From a virus: DNA of 63,018 nt. The stretch is taken from positions 1 through 63,018 of IMG/VR virus record IMGVR_UViG_3300049075_000009, one strand, 5' to 3'. The notes under the pieces were generated by a model. The model was not told the DNA's origin, ran no database searches, and was given only the letters and a program-made list of their open reading frames with translations. Below, in pieces: positions 1-8,880 of this stretch. Positions within the stretch are counted from its first letter, which is position 1. Every line of letters begins with the position of its first letter. Both the position numbers and the translations under genes were made by a program.

Positions 1-127
1 GTCAGAATGATGAATAGTGCCTCTGACATATCGGGGCCGTTTGATACCTTTTATTTCAGAAATGCCGGGAGTGGCGGCGGCAATTATATGTCGATTTGGA
101 AGGGACAGATAAATTTCACAGTCGCTT
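1..127. repeat. Terminal direct repeat, copy 1 (identical to 62892..63018); circular-assembly overlap or true terminal redundancy
   Basis: Bases 1-127 (gtcagaatgatgaatagtgcc...cacagtcgctt) match 62892-63018 base for base when read by eye. A 127-nt end overlap is typical of a circular contig closed by one assembler k-mer. Confidence 0.9.
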
Positions 128-372
128 CCAATGCCGAGAATGGGATTGATTTGGGAATTGGCAGGAATGCGGCTGACGTGGCGGAAATCAACAACGGTAC
201 GCCGGGAACCATTAGAGATTTGAGATTGAGAAAGTTATTTGACGCCAACGGTGTGCAGGTTGTGACAGCACAGGGAGCCGCCGTAGCAGATGCGACGGGT
301 GCAGGTGATGTGGTTGCGCAACTAAATACATTGCTGGCGAGATGCAGAGCGCACGGTTTAATTGCAACCTGA
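1..372 (+). CDS. Tail fibre-like protein, C-terminal part (continues 61866..63018 across the junction)
   Basis: Position 1 corresponds to 62892 and both are codon-phase starts of the frame opened at ATG 61866. Stop is TGA 370-372. The joined product is 465 aa. Confidence 0.8.
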   Translation, partial: VRMMNSASDISGPFDTFYFRNAGSGGGNYMSIWKGQINFTVASNAENGIDLGIGRNAADVAEINNGTPGTIRDLRLRKLFDANGVQVVTAQGAAVADATGAGDVVAQLNTLLARCRAHGLIAT

Positions 373-373
373 T

Positions 374-1030
374 TTACTTCTCAATCACTACCCCTATTGA
401 AAGGTAGGACGAGAACTGAACGCCGCGCCCAAATGTGTTGAAGGTTTTATGTACGATGCGGGAAAACAAGTTTCCCCATTTGCTCTTTGAAGGATTAGGG
501 AAAGCGTAGGGGGATGAGGCGGTTGCTGCGCCCTTATTGCCAACGTAATCAAAGAGGTTGGGGATGATTTTGTATCCTCTTCTCTTCGCATACTGCTCAT
601 AAAAATTCGGCAGTATCCTATAGCAGTCCATAGGCCAGTCGTGTAGGGGCCATACGGCAGGTACGATGATGATGCAGGTGCCAGTAGGGGCAAGCAAGGC
701 AAAACACTTGTCCAGTATCTTGATGGGCTCAAAGGTGTGTTCAAGGACGTTGAGGATGAGGATGCTGGAGAAGGTAAGGTTATTGGTCGCGGCGCGGATT
801 GATTCTATTGGCTCTTCTAAGTCAAAGACAAAATCCGTCTCTTCGTGAGCATTCATATCTGCGCCAAAGTATTGAATACCTTTTGGCTCAAGCAGCCAGC
901 GCAGGCCCGCACCGTCAACGCCAACGCCTAATTCAAGACAGGGTGATTTGATGGCTTTGAGTTGAAGGCACTTTCTTATAAAGCTTTCATCTTCAAGATT
1001 CATAATTGAGGACAGGGATTTTAGTAGCAA
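374..1030 (-). CDS. Class I SAM-dependent methyltransferase (moron-like, opposite strand)
   Basis: 218-aa ORF with motif I-like CLELGVGVDGAG, acidic FGADM and ILNVLEH, a Methyltransf_11/23-like pattern. Start uncertain (TTG 1030 or ATG 1003). It converges on the tail fibre stop with a 1-nt gap. Confidence 0.7.
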   Translation of the reverse strand: MLLKSLSSIMNLEDESFIRKCLQLKAIKSPCLELGVGVDGAGLRWLLEPKGIQYFGADMNAHEETDFVFDLEEPIESIRAATNNLTFSSILILNVLEHTFEPIKILDKCFALLAPTGTCIIIVPAVWPLHDWPMDCYRILPNFYEQYAKRRGYKIIPNLFDYVGNKGAATASSPYAFPNPSKSKWGNLFSRIVHKTFNTFGRGVQFSSYLSIGVVIEK

Positions 1031-1106
1031 TTATCGAACTATCGCAAGGGGATAAGGGGAAGGAATTTAATTGATAACTTAACCACAAAGGGAAAGGACT
1101 TTAGCA

Positions 1107-1436
1107 ATGATTGAATTTAAGCAGGCAGATTTGAACGGCGCAACGCCAAAGAAGATTGTGTTCAGTCCAAAAGACAATGACGGCACGCCAACGACACTGG
1201 AAAACCCGACAGCGCATTCAAGCAATGACTTGGTGTTTGGTGTTGGCCCTATCGAGATTGACGGGTTGAAAATCAAGTGTCCACTGTTGCCCGGCGAACA
1301 GCATACGGTAGGGATTGCGCAACTCGTATTGCAGGGCGATGCCGATCTTGGCGCGGGCGTCGAGCCCCTGACTTGGAATGTGGATATAAAAGTGAAGCCG
1401 GATAACGCAACGGATTTTGACATCACGGTTGAGTAA
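1107..1436 (+). CDS. Hypothetical protein (109 aa), probably structural
   Basis: ATG ORF in the structural gene direction. Composition is beta-rich (VFGVGPIEIDGLKIKC, LTWNVDIKVKP). No family recognised. Confidence 0.5.
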   Translation: MIEFKQADLNGATPKKIVFSPKDNDGTPTTLENPTAHSSNDLVFGVGPIEIDGLKIKCPLLPGEQHTVGIAQLVLQGDADLGAGVEPLTWNVDIKVKPDNATDFDITVE

Positions 1437-1483
1437 AGAAGAGATGGCCGGGGCTGAGAAATACTCCGGCCAAAAGAAAGAAT

Positions 1484-1651
1484 ATGGCAGAACTGAACGC
1501 GAAAATACCAATCAAAAGCGTACTGAAAGAGACAGTGATGCACGTCGAAGTAACCGGCGTGAAGGGGTTTTCTGTTCGTCTTCATGTTGCCAGGGTGCTG
1601 ATTTGGCTTGCGGCTAAGGTTGCTGGTGTTGGTATCGAAATCAAACAGTGA
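1484..1651 (+). CDS. Small hypothetical protein (55 aa)
   Basis: ATG 1484 to TGA 1649-1651 (MAELNAKIPIKSVLKETVMHVEVTGVKGFSVRLHVARV...). Fills the gap before 1664. Weak RBS. Confidence 0.3.
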   Translation: MAELNAKIPIKSVLKETVMHVEVTGVKGFSVRLHVARVLIWLAAKVAGVGIEIKQ

Positions 1652-1663
1652 CGGGGGATTGAA

Positions 1664-2002
1664 TTGGCGGGATTGAGGATAACAAAAAAACGCGATGGTT
1701 TCCCGGCGCTAGTCGCCAAAGCCCCAGCAAAGGCCCGCGAGTTGGAAGCCAAACACGCAATGCGGTGGGCAAGTGTGATGATTCAGATAATGCCCGAAGA
1801 TACGGGCGCGATGAAAGAATCCACGGCGGCGGTGACGGGGAGTAGCGGAGCGACGGGGGTGGTGATCGGTGTGGATTACTGGCGTTTTCCGAACGATGGC
1901 ACGGTTTATCAGAGCGGACAATTTTTCGTTGAGGAAAGCCGCGAGTTCGTAAGACCGGATTTTGTTAAGGATGTAAAAAGCTTTGTGAGGCATTTGAGAT
2001 GA
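1664..2002 (+). CDS. HK97 gp10-like head-tail/neck protein
   Basis: 112 aa with a TTG start 5 nt after GGGGGA. MPEDTGAMKEST resembles the P-x-D-T-G motif of the HK97 gp10 family. Lies just before the tail terminator-like gene. Confidence 0.6.
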   Translation: MAGLRITKKRDGFPALVAKAPAKARELEAKHAMRWASVMIQIMPEDTGAMKESTAAVTGSSGATGVVIGVDYWRFPNDGTVYQSGQFFVEESREFVRPDFVKDVKSFVRHLR

Positions 2003-2427
2003 TTGGCGACCTTCAGGCAGCCCACACAGCAATATACACGGCATTGAAGGCCGTGAGCGCCATCACGGAGGAGATTGGCGGCGCAACGAATCCCCGTATC
2101 TTTTCGGAGATTGCCGAGCAGGGGAAGGCGTTTCCTCTTATCTTAATCCAGACCTTGCCGAGCAGGGACGATTCTAAAACCGCTACGGGGATGGAGAGGA
2201 TTTTTGCCAATGCCAATTTGCGAATCGTGGGCATCAATAAGAGTCGGTTGTTTAATGCAGTCCTGAAGACTGAAATTGATGCCGCCATCGACAGGCAGAG
2301 TTTTCTCATAGGTGACAATCGCATAATGAGCATTAGCAGGGATAAGGAGTATAGGCGGATGCTGGTTGATACTGCTGGCGTCACCTATGCGTGGGCAGGC
2401 GGCGACTATTCGGTGACAATACGATGA
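1999..2427 (+). CDS. Tail terminator / tail completion-like protein
   Basis: 142 aa, with a 4-nt ATGA overlap on the upstream gene. Call rests on position between the neck protein and the major tail gene. Family assignment (DUF3168-like) is an impression only. Confidence 0.45.
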   Translation: MIGDLQAAHTAIYTALKAVSAITEEIGGATNPRIFSEIAEQGKAFPLILIQTLPSRDDSKTATGMERIFANANLRIVGINKSRLFNAVLKTEIDAAIDRQSFLIGDNRIMSISRDKEYRRMLVDTAGVTYAWAGGDYSVTIR

Positions 2428-2631
2428 GCCAAGACCCTGACAAATTCGATAGATTGATTTCCGTCCTAATACGATGGCTTGAGTTCGGGGTGTCCCTGCT
2501 CAAGAAAGAGTTTACGAAATGATTATAAGCAAACAGACCCTCTTTAATAAGTCGCTCTGCATCTGCTTCAACAATGATTCTCCTGCTTCCCTCCGCATAG
2601 GTCGTGGCAGCCATCCCAGCGGAGAATCATC

Positions 2632-3939
2632 ATGGAGAGAGAGTATAGAAGTCAGATTGCACAGATAGGGATTGAGACAACTGAAGGGACTGCGGTAGCG
2701 GCAACCAAGCGGCTTCTAAACCAGTCCTTGATGCTCCAGATAAATTTAGAAGAGCAGAAGTATAAGCCCGTGGGTTACCGACGCGGAACCCGCTTTGACC
2801 CCGGTAAAAAATGGGCATCCATTAGCGGCCCCGGCAAACCGTCTTACACAGCCTTTCCTTACATCTTCGACGCTTTATACAAACGGGTCACACCTACCAC
2901 CCCCGGCGGCTCTGCGCCCCGTGATTGGACATATGAGCAATCCAGCACTGCCAATGAAGCCATAGCAACTTTCACCCTTGAGGTTGGCGGTGACGAAGGA
3001 ATGGAACGGGCTGCGGGATGTTTCTTTACAGGCTGGTCAATGACTGGCTCGCCTACTGAAATCAATGTGGATGTTGAGGGTCTGGGCAGGGCCGTTCAGG
3101 ACTCCGTAAACGATGCCCTTTTCATGTCAACGCGGGAAATCCAGACGGTTGACTTGTCTGGTGGCGATGACCCCACAGGCGGCACTTGGACGCTGACAAT
3201 ATTGGGCTCAACCATCACAGCCCTTGCCTTTGACATTTCAGCGGCAGCACTTCAGACCGCCATTAACGCGCTATTCGCAACCGGCGCGGCTGATGTGACG
3301 GTGAGTAAGACAGGGTTTGTTTATACGATTCGATTCCCTTACTACTTGGGCAATGTCACTGCCGTTACCGCCAACGGCGCGGGCTTAACCACAGGCGGCA
3401 GCATCACAATCACCATTGCGACCACACAGGCTGGCATTGGGGCCACTGAAGTCACTGACCGGCCTATCATCCCGAAGCACGTCAAATGGTACGCGGATGC
3501 AACCAGTGGGGGATTGGGTGGGACTTTGCTGACTCGTGTTCTTGGTTATTCGGTTAAAGAATCCGCCATGCGCGATTTGCTCTTTACCGTCAATCAGGAC
3601 AATGACGGGGGCGCGGCAGCAAAGGTTGACGGGGACGAGCCGGTTTTGGAAATCACCCTGTCTGTGGAGGCTGACACGGCAGGGATGGCTTTCTATCAAC
3701 AGGCCAAAGTGGGAACGACGAAGTTTTTACGTTTTCAGGCTTTGGACGATGCCGATTCAATTGAGTCTGGATACAGATACCAGCTCACGCTCGACTTTGC
3801 GGCCAAAGTCAAATCCGTTGGAGCCTTCGACAATGACCAAGGCGTTGTGAAGATTGACTTCACTTTCGAGGCTGTCCATGACAGCGGCTGGGGCAAGGCG
3901 TTTTCCTTCGTGCCGCGCAACAACTTGACGGCGCTGTAA
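2632..3939 (+). CDS. Major tail (tube) protein with an inserted Gly/Thr/Ala-rich domain
   Basis: 435-aa ORF immediately upstream of the G/GT chaperone genes and tape measure, which is the canonical position in siphoviruses. No sheath gene is present. Confidence 0.6.
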   Translation: MEREYRSQIAQIGIETTEGTAVAATKRLLNQSLMLQINLEEQKYKPVGYRRGTRFDPGKKWASISGPGKPSYTAFPYIFDALYKRVTPTTPGGSAPRDWTYEQSSTANEAIATFTLEVGGDEGMERAAGCFFTGWSMTGSPTEINVDVEGLGRAVQDSVNDALFMSTREIQTVDLSGGDDPTGGTWTLTILGSTITALAFDISAAALQTAINALFATGAADVTVSKTGFVYTIRFPYYLGNVTAVTANGAGLTTGGSITITIATTQAGIGATEVTDRPIIPKHVKWYADATSGGLGGTLLTRVLGYSVKESAMRDLLFTVNQDNDGGAAAKVDGDEPVLEITLSVEADTAGMAFYQQAKVGTTKFLRFQALDDADSIESGYRYQLTLDFAAKVKSVGAFDNDQGVVKIDFTFEAVHDSGWGKAFSFVPRNNLTAL

Positions 3940-3995
3940 TCGGGGGCGGCTGACAACCGCTCCAAAACTTTAATTTTAGTGGAGAGAAAAACCAA

Positions 3996-4484
3996 ATGAA
4001 ATCTACGACCGAATTTCCAGACTCTAAGAGTCTAACTTTAAACCTAAAGCCCGACCTTGACCCGACGCAAATCATCTCTGATTACAATCTGCGGCTGGGT
4101 GAAATCCAAGACAAAGAAACGGCTATTGAAAAGCTGAGGAAGAAACGGACGGAAGCAGGAACTCCGCACGAAGCCAAAAAACTCACAGAGCAAATCAAGG
4201 AATGGGAAAAGGTAGGCACGTTTCTTGGAATGGCCGATGAAACCATCTTAGCCGCTGCCGATGGCTGGGATTTGATTGATGCTGAGACGAATCTACCCAA
4301 GCCTTTCAACGCCGAAGGTCTAAAAGGCGTGAGCCTCAACCGTAGGCTTCTCGTGGTGCAACAACTCATAAAAGATTTGGGTTTTGATGAGCGAGAAATG
4401 ACCGACCCAAAAGCATTATCCGACAAATCAGAACCGCAATCGTTCTCGGTGAACACGGCAGCGTCAAACTCCCAGACTGGGTAG
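3996..4484 (+). CDS. Tail assembly chaperone (G-like)
   Basis: 162-aa acidic ORF between the major tail and tape measure genes. A slippery site and an open -1 frame lie near its 3' end. Confidence 0.7.
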   Translation: MKSTTEFPDSKSLTLNLKPDLDPTQIISDYNLRLGEIQDKETAIEKLRKKRTEAGTPHEAKKLTEQIKEWEKVGTFLGMADETILAAADGWDLIDAETNLPKPFNAEGLKGVSLNRRLLVVQQLIKDLGFDEREMTDPKALSDKSEPQSFSVNTAASNSQTG

Positions 4485-4675
4485 ATGAAAAACTGACAGA
4501 CCAACTGGTTGCCGATGAGGAGAGATGTTCAGTTGAGAAGGCAAAGAAATTACGGCGCAAAAACCCTATCGAGTATAGCCGCACTGTGATGCTGGCAGAG
4601 GGGAAAAGATTGGCTCAAGAGGATATACGAAAAGGCGAAGAGCGAAAGCAGAAATCACAACAAAAGAGAGGTTAG
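3996..4675 (+). CDS. Tail assembly chaperone, -1 frameshift product (GT-like): 3996..4412 joined to 4412..4675
   Basis: The -1 frame is open from 4391 to TAG 4673-4675 and overlaps the 3' end of the G frame. Predicted fusion is about 226 aa, with a Lys/Arg/Glu-rich tail (...RKNPIEYSRTVMLAEGKRLAQEDIRKGEERKQKSQQKRG). Confidence 0.6.
4406..4412 (+). promoter_or_regulatory. -1 programmed ribosomal frameshift slippery heptamer C CCA AAA
   Basis: CCCAAAA sits in X XXY YYZ register in the zero frame (codons GAC CCA AAA = D P K of ...MTDPKAL...). Confidence 0.6.
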
Positions 4676-4681
4676 AAAGTT

Positions 4682-4981
4682 ATGGAAGAATTCGCAGGCA
4701 AAAGTATCAATCACTGGTTTCAGTTTATTAAACGCAACCACTCTGCGCCCGATTGGGATGTACCAAAGCTCGTCTTGGACGAAGAGGCGTTGCTTGGGCA
4801 GGAAGGCTTGAATGAGGTGCAGGTTGGGCAGTTGCGGGAGGAGTTGATAGCGCGTGGCTTATTACCAGCGCCAGCACTTGAGGGAGCCGCAATGCCAACC
4901 TTAGCCGACATCCCTGTGGGCAAGACGTTTTCAGTCAAGCCAGAAGGGAAGAAGGCGAAAGAACCTCCCCCTACGGATTAA
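4682..4981 (+). CDS. Hypothetical protein (99 aa)
   Basis: ATG ORF following the chaperone frames. No family recognised. Confidence 0.45.
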   Translation: MEEFAGKSINHWFQFIKRNHSAPDWDVPKLVLDEEALLGQEGLNEVQVGQLREELIARGLLPAPALEGAAMPTLADIPVGKTFSVKPEGKKAKEPPPTD

Positions 4982-5204
4982 AGCTTGGCAATGAATTGCC
5001 GATTTGAGCAGCCATTGTTTCGGAGAGGTAGATGAAGAATCCTGCGGCCAGTACTGCGATGATTACCAACGCAATCCCAGTGTTGATGCCTTTCTTTCTC
5101 GCCTCGCTTTCATTGCTCACATAGGCGATTTGATAAATCTCAACGCCTTTGTAGATGAGGTACAGGCAAAGAATATAGATGACGATTTGAATCATTCCGA
5201 CCAT
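4971..5204 (-). CDS. Small two-TM membrane protein (77 aa) on the opposite strand inside the tail operon
   Basis: Internal ATG at 5204 is preceded by GGAGG 5 nt upstream on the minus strand. Two hydrophobic helices (MVGMIQIVIYILCLYLIY and GIALVIIAVLAAGFFIYL). It fits the gap between 4981 and 5258. Confidence 0.5.
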   Translation of the reverse strand: MVGMIQIVIYILCLYLIYKGVEIYQIAYVSNESEARKKGINTGIALVIIAVLAAGFFIYLSETMAAQIGNSLPSFNP

Positions 5205-5257
5205 AAACGCCTCCAGATAAGTTTTCGGCAGTTTAGAGAGTAAGACAGGAATAGTCA

Positions 5258-8200
5258 ATGGCAACAGATGCAGAATTAGCCGGTGAAATATCCATAGACG
5301 AAAAGCCTTTCGTTGACTCCATGAAAAAGGCTGAGGACGCCTGGAATAAATTTGGCGACACCTTGAAGCGTGGGGATGGAGCGTTTCAGGATGCGGCAGG
5401 TAGATGGCGCGCTGCAAATGGTCAGTTTATGACGGACGCCGAAAAAGCCGCTGCGGGTATTGATACGTCATTCAAAAAAATCTCTGGTTCTGCATCTGCA
5501 ATGAGTGAGGCTGTCGGTACGGTGGTAGCCAACATTGCCATGAAATTCGCAAGCATGGCCGCCGGAATCGTACAAGCGGGCTTCGCTTTCAACGGACTGA
5601 AAGAACAAGCAACGGTAGCTTTTACAAACTTGCTTGGTTCCGGTGAAAAGGCAAAAGCTTTTCTTGATGAGTTGCAAGCTTTCGCTGCCCGCACACCATT
5701 TGAGTTCAAAGAACTCACCCAATCCGCTCAAAAACTAACGGCTATGGGTTTTGCCGCTCGTGACGTTATTCCGATGCTCACGGCGGTAGGCAATGCTGTC
5801 GCCGCGATGGGCGGGAGTGCAGAGCAGGTCAACAGGGTCACCACGGCGCTGACGCAAATGAAGGCTAAAGGCAAAGTCAGTGCTGAAGAGATGATGCAGT
5901 TGGCGGAAGCGGGTATACCTGCGTGGCAGATATTAGCCGACAAGATAGGAAAGTCCATACCTGAAGCGATGAAGTTGGCGGAAAAAGGAGCGATAAGCGC
6001 AGACGTAGCAATCGCGGGCCTTATTGAAGGGATGCAGAGCAAATTCGGCGGCATGATGGAGGCGCAGAGCCAATCTTGGCAAGGCTTACTTTCAACCCTG
6101 AGTGATAACACGGCGCAAATGGCAGGGCAAATAATGGAGCCGTTGTTTGTCGCCAGTAAAGATGCATTGAAACGCATCCTTGATGGCTTGCCTGAATTTC
6201 AAACCCAATTCATCGCCCATTGGAAAAACATAGTTAGTGAGGTTGGTAGTAGTATTTCCCAATTGAAACCCACAGTAGAGGTTGCCTTAAACGATGTAAA
6301 AACCGTTTGGCAAAACCAGCACAGTGAAATCGTCAACATCACAAAGACCGCATGGAGTCTTGTTCATTTCGGCTTCATCAAACCCGCCGTTGAAGGTGTG
6401 AGTCGTCTCATCTCTATCTCCTCATCAGCTTTTGCTGGCGATTGGGAAGGCGCTATGAAGCGGATTGTGGGCAGCACGGATAAGGCTAGCAGTTCTGTGT
6501 TGGGTACGGTTGGGCGGTGGATGCAGGCGCTTGCGCGAGTCAACGGCATTATTACCGGGCTTGGAACTGCCGTGAATGCCGCCTCAAGTCTTGGCGGGCC
6601 ACGGTTGGCGGTTTCAGCTTCAGTTCCCCTCAAGTTCGACACGGCAAAGCTTGAACAGGATGCCAAAGATGCAGGCAAAAAGATAAACACCGCTCTTGGT
6701 GCTGGCTTAAAAGGTGGCGGCGGAAAGGGAGGGGGTGCAAATGAGGCTGAGAAGGCTGCGCGTGAACTACTGGCCTCCATCAATGAATATGTGACGGCAT
6801 CAGGGAAGGGCGCGCAGGTAACAGCAGCAGCATGGGCCAACACCAGCGAATCAGTACGGCAATCTTTAATCAAACAAAAGGATGAGTTTGTCGCAAATCG
6901 TGATGCCACCTCACAGCTCGTTCTCGAACTTCGTGGCGGATTACTGACTACGTATCCTCAACTTGGCGCTGCCATCGCAAATTACGTCCAGCATCTTGAA
7001 AAATCTACAATCGCCGTTGAGCGCGCGGCCGTTTCAACCCTTGATTTTATCCAGCCTAGCAAAGCGATGCAGAAGGCCGTTGATGACGCCGCGAAGGGTA
7101 TTGAGGATGCGAGTAAAAAGATAGAGAAAGCCAGTGCGGAGATGGCGAAAGAGATTGATAAAAATACCCGCGAAGCCAACCAAAAGATAATAGACAACTA
7201 CAACGAAACTTACAGCAAGTTGCAAAACATTGTCGGTGACGGTATGGCCGATATTCTCGTCAAGATTGCTGCCGCCTCTGGTCAGTCTCTGGGAAGAATA
7301 ACCGAAGTGACGGATGGGATTTTGGATGTGGTTGGCGGCTTACCTGGCAAAATTGGCGACAAATTAAGAGGCGCTACCAACAAATTCTTAGACTTCGTGA
7401 ACGGCGTAGACAGGGTTTTCAAAGGATTACATAAAATCTTCAACCAAGTGCCAGACGGTATCAGCGGGATGCTTTCTAAGGTTATTGACCTATTCAAAAA
7501 GAATTCTGCCACGGTGGGTGGGGGCGGCGGTTTGTTTGGTGCCATTGGTGGATTCTTCGGCAAACTCTTTGGTGGCGGTGGAGGCGGTACAGGAGCTGCG
7601 GGAACCGGATTATCAGAGGGCGCAGCAAGCAACGCTTCTGGTGGCATCCTGAAAAGTCTTGGTGGTGCCTTAGGTATTGCGGGTATAGGGGCTTCTTTGC
7701 TGCCTTCCATCATCGGCTTATTCAAAGGTAAAAGTCAGATTGAAAAGGACACTGAAAAGGTTCAACTTGACCAGTTAAAAGCCAACCTTGCTAAGACCTA
7801 CGAAGATGTAAAAGCCGGGATGATTCAGACAATGCAGGAGGGGGCAAAGTTACTTGAGTCCCTTTCTGGTTTCGTTGAGGTACCGCGAAAGGCCATCAAG
7901 CGTTTCTTGAATCAATTGGAATTGGTATTAACCGAATTCATGGAGATGAGCAAAGGCTTCAAGACCGATGGAATTGAAGCGGGCAAAATCGTCATTGAAA
8001 ATTTGGGTGAAGGTTTCAACTTCCTTTTAACAGGTTCACAACTTATCAACGCCATCAAAGACGTGGCGACAATCACCGACCAAAATATAAAAGATTTCGT
8101 CGCCACCACGATGAAGATTTTGAATCAGTGGGTTGAAGCGGTGAATGGCATTGAATTACAGACCGCAAAGTTTAACGCCAAGATAAGTGAGAAATTAAAA

Positions 8201-8878
8201 ACAAGCTTCGAGTTTTTAGGGCTTGTTCCCGAAGTCATCAAGGGCTTTGCGGAATCCAAGCCGCTAGATGCCTCCGCCCTTGATTCCGTCTTTGCCTCCA
8301 TTCAATTGATTGTCCAAAAGATGAAGATGGTCTCAGAAGCCGAACGTGGCCTTGAGCTGAACAAAGCGGGCGCAAGCGCAGGGGTTTTCACCGCCATATT
8401 CGATTCATTGAAATCAGTCATTGAGGCTTTGACAGCCTTTTCTACTTACAAACCTATAGGTGATGCGATATTTGGTGCCATCACAAATGATTTGCAAAAG
8501 TTACTCACTTGGATGGATGAGACAACGAGCTTGGTTTTGGCTGGCATAGATAAGTCAATAACCCTGGAGGAAGCCCTGACCAAACTAGCGGGCTCGTTAT
8601 CTGGCGTCAAAGCCTCTCTCTCCTCGGTCACGGGCGCATTTTCAAGCAGTGGCGGTAGTGGCATCACCGCATCCATAACAAGCGGCAGCGGGGCGCAATT
8701 TGTACAAAGACAGGGGGGAGGTAGTAGTCAATCGGTAACAGACCAACGCTCATACACTTTTCAAATAAATCTACCTCCAGGCAGTGATGCTGAGCAGGTG
8801 AGAAGAGTAGAGGCTGTGGTCAGAAAGGTTCTGAACGAGCGCGATAGAGGTCATTTTACCACATCAGTTTCGATTTAA
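5258..8878 (+). CDS. Tape measure protein
   Basis: 1206-aa ORF directly after the chaperone genes. Long Ala-rich helical sequence with Gly tracts (GGGGKGGG, GGGGGTGAAGTG). Size and position are canonical. Confidence 0.9.
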   Translation: MATDAELAGEISIDEKPFVDSMKKAEDAWNKFGDTLKRGDGAFQDAAGRWRAANGQFMTDAEKAAAGIDTSFKKISGSASAMSEAVGTVVANIAMKFASMAAGIVQAGFAFNGLKEQATVAFTNLLGSGEKAKAFLDELQAFAARTPFEFKELTQSAQKLTAMGFAARDVIPMLTAVGNAVAAMGGSAEQVNRVTTALTQMKAKGKVSAEEMMQLAEAGIPAWQILADKIGKSIPEAMKLAEKGAISADVAIAGLIEGMQSKFGGMMEAQSQSWQGLLSTLSDNTAQMAGQIMEPLFVASKDALKRILDGLPEFQTQFIAHWKNIVSEVGSSISQLKPTVEVALNDVKTVWQNQHSEIVNITKTAWSLVHFGFIKPAVEGVSRLISISSSAFAGDWEGAMKRIVGSTDKASSSVLGTVGRWMQALARVNGIITGLGTAVNAASSLGGPRLAVSASVPLKFDTAKLEQDAKDAGKKINTALGAGLKGGGGKGGGANEAEKAARELLASINEYVTASGKGAQVTAAAWANTSESVRQSLIKQKDEFVANRDATSQLVLELRGGLLTTYPQLGAAIANYVQHLEKSTIAVERAAVSTLDFIQPSKAMQKAVDDAAKGIEDASKKIEKASAEMAKEIDKNTREANQKIIDNYNETYSKLQNIVGDGMADILVKIAAASGQSLGRITEVTDGILDVVGGLPGKIGDKLRGATNKFLDFVNGVDRVFKGLHKIFNQVPDGISGMLSKVIDLFKKNSATVGGGGGLFGAIGGFFGKLFGGGGGGTGAAGTGLSEGAASNASGGILKSLGGALGIAGIGASLLPSIIGLFKGKSQIEKDTEKVQLDQLKANLAKTYEDVKAGMIQTMQEGAKLLESLSGFVEVPRKAIKRFLNQLELVLTEFMEMSKGFKTDGIEAGKIVIENLGEGFNFLLTGSQLINAIKDVATITDQNIKDFVATTMKILNQWVEAVNGIELQTAKFNAKISEKLKTSFEFLGLVPEVIKGFAESKPLDASALDSVFASIQLIVQKMKMVSEAERGLELNKAGASAGVFTAIFDSLKSVIEALTAFSTYKPIGDAIFGAITNDLQKLLTWMDETTSLVLAGIDKSITLEEALTKLAGSLSGVKASLSSVTGAFSSSGGSGITASITSGSGAQFVQRQGGGSSQSVTDQRSYTFQINLPPGSDAEQVRRVEAVVRKVLNERDRGHFTTSVSI

Positions 8879-8880
8879 TT

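Noticed and set aside
5422-7725. Several 60-180-aa minus-strand ORFs inside the tape measure gene (5422-5718, 5728-6177, 6364-6909, 7282-7725 and others)
   Set aside because: Ala/Pro/Ser-rich antisense shadows of a gene whose identity is not in doubt. They have no RBS and no independent support.
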